Shown: positions 37,047-43,459 of the stretch, one piece after another
Numbering within the stretch: the stretch's first letter is position 1
Layout of the letters: the number at the start of each line of letters is the position of its first letter
Assembly (NCBI GenBank): GCA_964639875.1
Contig: CAZXEM010000003.1
Location: forward strand, 1 to 44,413
Length of the DNA stretch: 44,413 nucleotides
Origin: an uncultured Methanosarcinales archaeon
Lineage (GTDB): Archaea; Nanobdellota; Nanobdellia; Woesearchaeales; GW2011-AR9
Reading direction: 5' to 3'
Notes under the pieces: generated by a model
What the model was told of the DNA's origin: nothing
The model's input: only the letters and a program-made list of their open reading frames with translations
Database searches by the model: none
Made by a program: the position numbers and the translations under genes

Positions 37047-38203
37047 TCTTCTTTTTCTACAGGACAGTAACCCAATTTAATCCAGAACTGAGGATCAATC
37101 TTGTTAAAGTCAGTTGCAGCACCAATGTAAGGTGCTAAACATAATTTTTCAGATAACTTGATTGGAACATCAATACCAAACAAAAGTGCATGAGTGGTAT
37201 CCATTTTTTCCGGTGACTGGTTATCGTTATGTTGATAAGTTTCTAAAACAGTACCGTTAGAATCCCTAATTTCTTCATGTCGACTTTTGCCTTCTTTACC
37301 AAAACCAACTTGATAACCGGCGCTTCCTAAAATTCCAAATTTCTTAAACATTTTACCCATGTTTACTTTTGCTGCAAAATATTTTTGTTGAATTTCTTTC
37401 TCACCATCAGTGTGTAATGTTCCTAAAGCAGTTTCAACAGGATCTTTAGAATCATCTAAAGTATAATTTTTCCCAAGGAAACCTAATTCTAATCCCCAAA
37501 CAAAAGTGGAATTAGTTACTCGATTGTAACCAACAACTCCGCCAGGAACAAATACATTATTATCAGTATCATACTGTCCTACAAATCCAACATAAACAAG
37601 ATCAGTTGTTCTTGCTACGGTTGAAGGAGCAATTACTTCTTCTAAAGTTTTATTTCCTGGAACTTGAAAACTTTGCCTTTCTATTTTTTCAACTTTAACT
37701 CCAGTATTACCAGGAGTAGCAGCAACTTTTTCAGCAACAATAGTTCCTAAATTAGTAAAAACAGTTTCACCTTCTGGACTGTTAACTCTTGATTCAGTAG
37801 TTTCACATCGACCATTTTCATTAGCATCATGGCATAACTCAAGACCTTTCTCAACTGGTAAAACCACCCATTGATAATCGTCAAAATGACCTAAAAAGTT
37901 ATCCATGTTTTGTGTTCTTGGACTATGGTCAGCAACTAAATCTTTAATCTCGCATTTGATACCACCATAAACATCTGCTGCGTTTTCAGCAGTAATTTCT
38001 ACTCTATCTCCTTCAACAGGAACATAAAATAAGTTTGTAGTTTCGGAAGTTGCTTTCTTTGCACCAGTAATAGAAACATTAGTTTCAGTTTCAACAGTAC
38101 TTTCAACTGGTTTTTCTGCTTCTTGTGCAGAAGCAACACCTGCTCCATAACTAAGTCCTGCAGCAATTACTGCAGCTCCAAATAATTTTTTTAGACCATT
38201 CAT
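37043..38203 (-). CDS. secreted protein; C-terminal roughly 190 aa resemble an 8-stranded OMP-type beta-barrel
   Basis: Sec signal with AQ cleavage (GAGVASA/QE) and GGAGG SD. The C-terminal half has about 8 alternating-hydrophobic strands (WGLELGFLG, YFAAKVNMG, SAGYQVGFG, LLFGIDVPIKL, LAPYIGAATDF, FWIKLGY). Confidence 0.6.
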   Translation of the reverse strand: MNGLKKLFGAAVIAAGLSYGAGVASAQEAEKPVESTVETETNVSITGAKKATSETTNLFYVPVEGDRVEITAENAADVYGGIKCEIKDLVADHSPRTQNMDNFLGHFDDYQWVVLPVEKGLELCHDANENGRCETTESRVNSPEGETVFTNLGTIVAEKVAATPGNTGVKVEKIERQSFQVPGNKTLEEVIAPSTVARTTDLVYVGFVGQYDTDNNVFVPGGVVGYNRVTNSTFVWGLELGFLGKNYTLDDSKDPVETALGTLHTDGEKEIQQKYFAAKVNMGKMFKKFGILGSAGYQVGFGKEGKSRHEEIRDSNGTVLETYQHNDNQSPEKMDTTHALLFGIDVPIKLSEKLCLAPYIGAATDFNKIDPQFWIKLGYCPVEKEE

Positions 38204-38204
38204 T

Positions 38205-39011
38205 TTATTCCTCCTTACCTAAAGGTTTGTACAGTAATGATTTTCGAAATGTTTCCATTTCATCAAAACTTTGTAGAGTTTTCAAATGAGCAAAATCAAA
38301 CAGTTGCCCACCGGTAGTATAATTTTTGATCCTTTCCGAAGGATCACACTTTCCATTTTCTAACATTGCATCAATGTAAGGTTTACGATCGCCGTCAAAC
38401 AAAACTTGACCGATACCGTCTGTACAGAAATACACGCCTTCTTTAGTAACATCAATAATTACTGGAACGCCATGCTGGTCAACAAGTTCTTTCTGCATTT
38501 CCCATTTAACAACCCGAGGATCATAAGTGTCCTCAACAGGGTCAAGTTTTGCAGTAGGTCCTTCTTCAGCCACTAGTTCAGTTACAGGTTCGGCTGCAGG
38601 TTCGGCTGCAGGTTCAACTACTTCTTCAGCTGCAGGCTCATCCATAATTTCATCTAAGTTTGCATCTGCAGGAACCATTTCTAGGGTCATTTCCCCTTCA
38701 GCTTCAGTTACTTCAACTGGTTGTTCAGCAACTGCAGTATCAACAGGTGCAAAATAAGTATCGTTAGCTGCAACTGCTTGCGCGTAAAGTGATTCTTGTA
38801 ATGGTTTATTTTCAGCAAACTGTTTTTCAGTAAGATAAACTGGTTTTGCATCAACAGTAGAATTGTAAACTACCACATTCATTTTAGGGTTACTAACATC
38901 TGATTTGATGTTGTACATCCATGGTGTACAAGATGCAAATAACATTGCTGCTCCTGCCAAAACCAGGGATCCTTTTCCAACAAGATGATCAAGATTTTTT
39001 CTTATTTTCAT
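38205..39011 (-). CDS. predicted lipoprotein with Ala/Glu/Pro-rich linker
   Basis: Signal ending in MLFASC (lipobox-like) and GGAGG SD. AEPAAEPAAEP linker encoded by a 12-nt tandem repeat at 38585-38615. Confidence 0.6.
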   Translation of the reverse strand: MKIRKNLDHLVGKGSLVLAGAAMLFASCTPWMYNIKSDVSNPKMNVVVYNSTVDAKPVYLTEKQFAENKPLQESLYAQAVAANDTYFAPVDTAVAEQPVEVTEAEGEMTLEMVPADANLDEIMDEPAAEEVVEPAAEPAAEPVTELVAEEGPTAKLDPVEDTYDPRVVKWEMQKELVDQHGVPVIIDVTKEGVYFCTDGIGQVLFDGDRKPYIDAMLENGKCDPSERIKNYTTGGQLFDFAHLKTLQSFDEMETFRKSLLYKPLGKEE

Positions 39012-39034
39012 TTTTTATTCCTCCAAATAATTAT

Positions 39035-40324
39035 TTAATCACGTAAAAATGCACAATTATACTTAACGCAATCTTTAGGTTGACATTCTTTTTCTTTGTA
39101 AACTTCTTTTTCTATAATCTCAGGTGCAGGACAAGTTTTAGTTGGACAAGTTGTCTCCCGAGCAATTTTTAGTTTACTTTCACAACTAGCTAAGTCATCG
39201 CTTGCAGTTTCAAATTGTTTTTTGTAACTAGCATTGTCGTCATTATTATTTTTAGCATCAATTAAATTTTGATTACACGTTCGATAAGATTGAAGACACT
39301 CATCAAGCGTACCTTTCTTGAAAGCAGCTAAAGCGTCACAGTCAGCAAGACCATCTGCACAGGATCCTAATTCTCCCCATAAATAATCAACTTCGCCAAG
39401 ACAAGTAAGAGTTGAACCAATGTTAGCAGAATTATCATCTTCACAAGTAGCATAATCTGTTTTACAATCATTATTTTTAATTTGACAGGCAATCAAAGAA
39501 AGAGACTTTTTATCTAACGCTTCTCCTCCTGTAGCAATTGTCTCTTTTGCTTTACCTAATTGTAACCCTAAACCCTCATTTGATGTAGATAACTGGTTAT
39601 TTCTCCGAGTTAAACTTTCATTCTCTTTAACAACTTGAACATAAGCAGGATTGCCTTCAACAGGGACAAACGATTTTTCACCATGATATTCAATGTAAGC
39701 GTTAGTTCCAAACAAACTAATTGTAGCTCCTAATAAGAAACCAACAAGACCATATTTCATTTTTCCATTTGATTTATCTTCTTTCATTTTTTCATACCCT
39801 CCTGGGCCGTTAACATCTTCAGGTATCCCTGTTAATTCTTCACTTTTTTGTTCCACTGGTTCACTTTTTTGTTCCGGAAGATTAGGTGGAACATTTGGTA
39901 GAACAGTTGTTTCTTGTTTTTCATTATCTACAACAACTGCTGCTTCGTAAACGGTATCATCATTTTTTTTCTCAGAATCAGCACTTTCATTAAAATTAGC
40001 TTGTTCTCCTGGTTGTCCTGAAGTTTGTTCTTCTGGTATAAACCAGGCTGTATTATCAAAATCGTTATTAGGATTACTTTCCTCTGATGTGGGTTCATCG
40101 GTTGGTTCATTTTTTAGAACTGGCTTATCACTAAAGTAAATTTCTAAATATTCAACAAATTCTTTAGTGTTGCCCGGAACTTCTTTACCTTCAACAGTTG
40201 TCGAATAAATAATGCCGTCGTCTTTAATTAATGAATCTGATTCATTAAGAGCAATGACAATTTCTTCCTCACTCCTACCTATTTTTTCCACCAATAAATC
40301 TATTGTATCGTTTCTATTACCCAT
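39035..40324 (-). CDS. single-pass membrane protein: acidic cytoplasmic N-domain, extracellular coiled/Cys-rich domain
   Basis: I use the ATG at 40324 preceded by GGGGTGGA; the track start at 40351 is TTG. TM helix YGLVGFLLGATISLFG. The C-terminal roughly 200 aa contain about 16 Cys. Confidence 0.6.
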   Translation of the reverse strand: MGNRNDTIDLLVEKIGRSEEEIVIALNESDSLIKDDGIIYSTTVEGKEVPGNTKEFVEYLEIYFSDKPVLKNEPTDEPTSEESNPNNDFDNTAWFIPEEQTSGQPGEQANFNESADSEKKNDDTVYEAAVVVDNEKQETTVLPNVPPNLPEQKSEPVEQKSEELTGIPEDVNGPGGYEKMKEDKSNGKMKYGLVGFLLGATISLFGTNAYIEYHGEKSFVPVEGNPAYVQVVKENESLTRRNNQLSTSNEGLGLQLGKAKETIATGGEALDKKSLSLIACQIKNNDCKTDYATCEDDNSANIGSTLTCLGEVDYLWGELGSCADGLADCDALAAFKKGTLDECLQSYRTCNQNLIDAKNNNDDNASYKKQFETASDDLASCESKLKIARETTCPTKTCPAPEIIEKEVYKEKECQPKDCVKYNCAFLRD

Positions 40325-40501
40325 ATTTAATCCACCCCACACTATAACCAAATTATAAATACTACTCTGAAGTAGACACCCCTATATAAATGTTTTGCAA
40401 TAATTGTTAAAACGGAGTAGTAACTGCAAGTGAGAGGTGAAAATCGACTAAAAACGAGATTAGAACAGTAAAAAATTAAAATTAAAAACGGTTAAACACA
40501 T

Positions 40502-41659
40502 TCAAAAAAGTGAGTATAAAATTCCTAAAGCAAACATAACCATCAAGAGAACACCTAACACTTTTGGAAGATGAATGGCATATTCTGGTTTTCGGTCACC
40601 CTGTTTTTTAGCTTTCCAAAACATTAAGATGATAATGATCCCTTCAATACCTCCAGCAATACCTCCCGTAATTGCTAAAGCTTGAATGAACGAGGTCATT
40701 CCCGAAATTCCAATTAAGAATGGAATAGAAACAGTAAGAAGAAATGCAACATTTCTGGTTGTGTGTAAATCAATATCATAAACCCATAATAATGCTAACC
40801 CTAAAGCTAGAAAAGAAGTACTCATCGAAAATATTGCGAACAAGTTCCCTAACAGTTCCATTATTTTTCCACCAACAACATCACCTAAAGTAGTAGTAGC
40901 AATCTGACCAGTACTTGCCCCGGTTACTCCTACAACTACAAAAGCAAACAAAGCGTAAGTAATTAAAGGAACACTACTACCAATGATAATCGCTTTCTTG
41001 ATCAACTTTTTATTATCAGTACAAATAGATTTCATTTCTGGGATAGCGGCAGCACCAACAAAAGCAAATAAGATTACCCCGTAAGGAAAAAACAATTGAG
41101 TTTTATCATAACCAGTAAGGTTTCCAGAATCAATATGAAAAGTTCCCCAGATAATGATGGTGATGATAATTATTAACATTATCGCTCCGAATATTATTTC
41201 TGTTTTCCCAACTGATTGTAATCCTAAATAAATCAAAGTTGAAAGGAAAACAAAAAAGCAAATACTGAAAATTAAAGCAACGTTAATTTCAAATCCAATA
41301 AAAGATAATGACTTTTGTCCTAAACCAAAAATGTCAGCTAAGACTTTCCCTCCACCAATAAAATATGCAGTTAACGCACCATAAATTCCAAAAACAATAG
41401 AAAAAGTCATAATCCTTTTTCCCCATTTTCCTAAATATTTTTCTGCATATCCCGGAAGTTGATGTCTGCCTTTTGTTCTTAAAGCTATTTCACCAATACA
41501 AAGATTAATTATTAAAACAGCAACACCAAGAATAGCTAAAATAATCATTCCGGGAATAAAACCGGATTTAGAAATGGCGTAAGGGATACCTAAAACTCCT
41601 GCACCAATAATTGTTCCAACTAACGTTGCCGTAGCGGTAATTAATTTTTTATCTACCAT
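40502..41659 (-). CDS. amino acid permease (Trp/Tyr-permease or Aa_trans-like, about 11 TM)
   Basis: The N-terminus ATLVGTIIGAGVLGIPYAISKSGF is typical of this transporter family. 385 aa, hydrophobic throughout. Confidence 0.75.
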   Translation of the reverse strand: MVDKKLITATATLVGTIIGAGVLGIPYAISKSGFIPGMIILAILGVAVLIINLCIGEIALRTKGRHQLPGYAEKYLGKWGKRIMTFSIVFGIYGALTAYFIGGGKVLADIFGLGQKSLSFIGFEINVALIFSICFFVFLSTLIYLGLQSVGKTEIIFGAIMLIIIITIIIWGTFHIDSGNLTGYDKTQLFFPYGVILFAFVGAAAIPEMKSICTDNKKLIKKAIIIGSSVPLITYALFAFVVVGVTGASTGQIATTTLGDVVGGKIMELLGNLFAIFSMSTSFLALGLALLWVYDIDLHTTRNVAFLLTVSIPFLIGISGMTSFIQALAITGGIAGGIEGIIIILMFWKAKKQGDRKPEYAIHLPKVLGVLLMVMFALGILYSLF

Positions 41660-41873
41660 CTTTTTTTATGATATAGTAAAGTATAAGTGTTTATATATGT
41701 TTTGTAGAAAGTAAAAGCCACTACCCACTGGTCAAGTGCGGGCAAACTATATAAATAAGTTCTACCACTAGAAATAACGAAAAAGAGTTGAAACAAAACT
41801 ACCAAATTAAGATTTTCTTTCAAAAGATAAAATCTATTATGTAGTTACGTTGGGCTTGCTCTTTTTCTAAACC

Positions 41874-41898
41874 CCAATCTAAATTAGGCGAAGATTGG
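41874..41898 (+). promoter_or_regulatory. hairpin overlapping the SD of the homing endonuclease gene
   Basis: 7-bp stem CCAATCT/AGATTGG with an 11-nt loop. The 3' arm shares GG with the GGAGG at 41897-41901, 9 nt before the ATG. Confidence 0.3.
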
Positions 41899-41910
41899 AG
41901 GTAAATATAA

Positions 41911-42546
41911 ATGAAATATACTGAAGAATTAGCTGAAATTATCGGCATCATGTTAGGAGATGGATGTTTGTGTAAAGCCAAAAAAGGAAATAACACCTAC
42001 AGCACAATAATTACTTCTGGGAAAAATGAAAAGCATTGGATTAATTACGTTAAGAATCTATTTGCAGACTACTTTAATCAAACTTTTAAAATAGTAGAAA
42101 TAAAATATGGATTACAAGCAAGAAATTATAGGGGTAATGTTGCTGAACACCTAATAAAAGCTGGCTTACACCATGGAAACAAAATAAACAACAAAGTAGA
42201 AATTCCGCCATGGATATTTCAAAAGAGAAAATTCTTATTAAAAGCAGTGCAAGGTTTATTTGATACAGATGGGTGTGTTTACAACAAATACGGAAACTAT
42301 GCACAAATAGAATTTAAGTTTGGTTGTATTGAAACAACAAGTTCTGTTCACAAAGCCGTTAGTAGTTTAGGATTCAACCCCACAAAAATACAAAGACAAA
42401 TCCATAGTATTACTGGAAGATTTCTGTGGAGATTTTATCTTTCAAGACAAGGAGAAATAGACTTATTTTTTCAGAAAGTGAAACCCAAGAATCAAAAGCA
42501 TCAATTAAGATACAAAAAAATAAAAAGTGGGGACACTGGGATTTGA
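41911..42546 (+). CDS. double-motif LAGLIDADG homing endonuclease
   Basis: Motif 1 LAEIIGIMLGDGCL and motif 2 LLKAVQGLFDTDGCVY are about 100 aa apart. 211 aa, the size class of single-chain I-DmoI-type enzymes. GGAGGT SD. Confidence 0.85.
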   Translation: MKYTEELAEIIGIMLGDGCLCKAKKGNNTYSTIITSGKNEKHWINYVKNLFADYFNQTFKIVEIKYGLQARNYRGNVAEHLIKAGLHHGNKINNKVEIPPWIFQKRKFLLKAVQGLFDTDGCVYNKYGNYAQIEFKFGCIETTSSVHKAVSSLGFNPTKIQRQIHSITGRFLWRFYLSRQGEIDLFFQKVKPKNQKHQLRYKKIKSGDTGI

Positions 42547-42698
42547 ATTTCTGAACAATAAGCATTCACTTACCATTTCCCAGATCTAAGGCTGACTTCA
42601 GGGAAAGATTATTCATCGCTTTTCAGCTCATCTCTCCATTACTGGAGGCCCCGATTCTACCAGACTGTACGGACTTAAATCCTTTATACTATGTCCCC
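42528..42698 (-). tRNA. tRNA-Trp(CCA) gene with three insertions (putative introns)
   Basis: Minus strand: acceptor GGGGACA/UGUCCCC + A73; D-loop AGUCUGGUA; anticodon arm GGGGC-CUCCAG[48 nt]A-GCCUU; T arm CUGGG[31 nt]UUCAAAU-CCCAG. An extra roughly 19 nt lies between positions 9 and 14. TATA-like TTAATAAA sits 25 nt upstream, and T5 follows the 3' end. Confidence 0.6.
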
Positions 42699-42722
42699 AC
42701 AATTATCAAAGAATCTAGCCTG

Positions 42723-42730
42723 TTTATTAA
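42723..42730 (-). promoter_or_regulatory. TATA-like box (TTAATAAA on minus strand) for tRNA-Trp
   Basis: 25 nt upstream of the predicted tRNA 5' end at 42698. Confidence 0.4.
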
Positions 42731-42804
42731 GTTTTTTGTTTTTTTATATCCATCTTCTGAATAATACAAATCTTTATATTTTAAACCTCTTTATTTAGGA
42801 AATC

Positions 42805-43413
42805 ATGAAAACAACTTACTTAATCTTAACGGCAATTCTTAGTGCAACTTTAAGTTTTGGTTGTAATAAAACAGAACCAGTTCAGAAAGAAGCAAGCAAA
42901 TTAGAAGAAACCATTAGTAAAACAGAAAAATCAAGTGAACTTGAAAAAGCTCTTGCTAATGAAGAAGAAGCTGTTACTAAATGTGAAAAAAGAAGGGGTA
43001 AGGTATTTATTAGCTACGGCAGTAAAGATTGTGCCCAAGGATACGGAGCCAGAGAAATTGTAACTTGTCTGACTGGATCAAATCTTAGTGTTAATAGTTT
43101 TGGTTTTCCATGTGATAACATTCCAGAGAATAGCGAGGAGAGATGGATAGCAAATTGCCAAGAAGTTTCTGGTGAAGTAGTACAAAAGTATGAAGCAGAA
43201 AAACATCTTTACAAAGATTCTTCTAAGGACAACCAAAGTTGCTTTTGGGTTAGAGAATGCGTTCCAGAAGACCCAAAACTAAGTTGGGGACCATTAGCTG
43301 ACCTCTTTAAACAAATTCCTTGTGACTTTAGTTCTACTGCTAGTTTAAAAGTCAAAGAAATAAAACATTTCTCAAATCCTTGTTATTGCTCCATTGGTGG
43401 CGGCCCTATTTAA
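42805..43413 (+). CDS. predicted lipoprotein, Cys-rich
   Basis: Signal ending in LSFGC (lipobox), then a Glu/Lys-rich linker and a domain with about 12 Cys. Confidence 0.6.
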   Translation: MKTTYLILTAILSATLSFGCNKTEPVQKEASKLEETISKTEKSSELEKALANEEEAVTKCEKRRGKVFISYGSKDCAQGYGAREIVTCLTGSNLSVNSFGFPCDNIPENSEERWIANCQEVSGEVVQKYEAEKHLYKDSSKDNQSCFWVRECVPEDPKLSWGPLADLFKQIPCDFSSTASLKVKEIKHFSNPCYCSIGGGPI

Positions 43414-43459
43414 TTTGAAAACTAAAATATTAAATAACAATAATGAATTCTAACTTATT

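Noticed and set aside
37043-38230. Shared C-terminal ...P-x-x-KEE endings of the 386-aa (CPVEKEE) and 268-aa (KPLGKEE) proteins as a possible sorting signal.
   Set aside because: The codons AAG-GAG-GAA-TAA at the end of the 268-aa gene are the GGAGG Shine-Dalgarno of the next gene. The purine-rich GAA-AAA-GAA-GAA-TGA of the 386-aa gene abuts the ATGA-coupled start of the adhesin gene. The motif is most simply a by-product of translational coupling signals.
41715-41745. Short GC-rich patch (GCCACTACCCACTGGTCAAGTGCGGGC) upstream of the permease and endonuclease genes, considered as a tRNA fragment or intron boundary.
   Set aside because: Only a weak bulged hairpin (CCCAC...GTG-C-GGG, 7-nt loop) can be drawn, and there is no acceptor or anticodon arm context on either strand. 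It is too short to call by eye.
163-42304. About 30 short ORFs in the track (60-128 aa) lying antisense to or nested within longer genes. Examples: 163-393, 985-1182, 4638-4820, 6606-6821, 8047-8283, 8520-8735, 9020-9205, 10467-10760, 10939-11154, 15580-15786, 16936-17175, 19380-19580, 20587-20772, 22146-22328, 22879-23154, 23521-23907, 24202-24444, 26114-26320, 28776-28961, 29990-30172, 33669-33908, 34783-35040, 35998-36207, 36443-36655, 36877-37080, 38527-38757, 39928-40110, 42086-42304.
   Set aside because: Each is fully overlapped by a longer ORF with recognisable motifs or a coherent membrane/secretory architecture. Their translations are low-complexity (poly-Ser/Phe/Leu/Ile), typical of antisense frames in AT-rich DNA, and they have no start-site signals.
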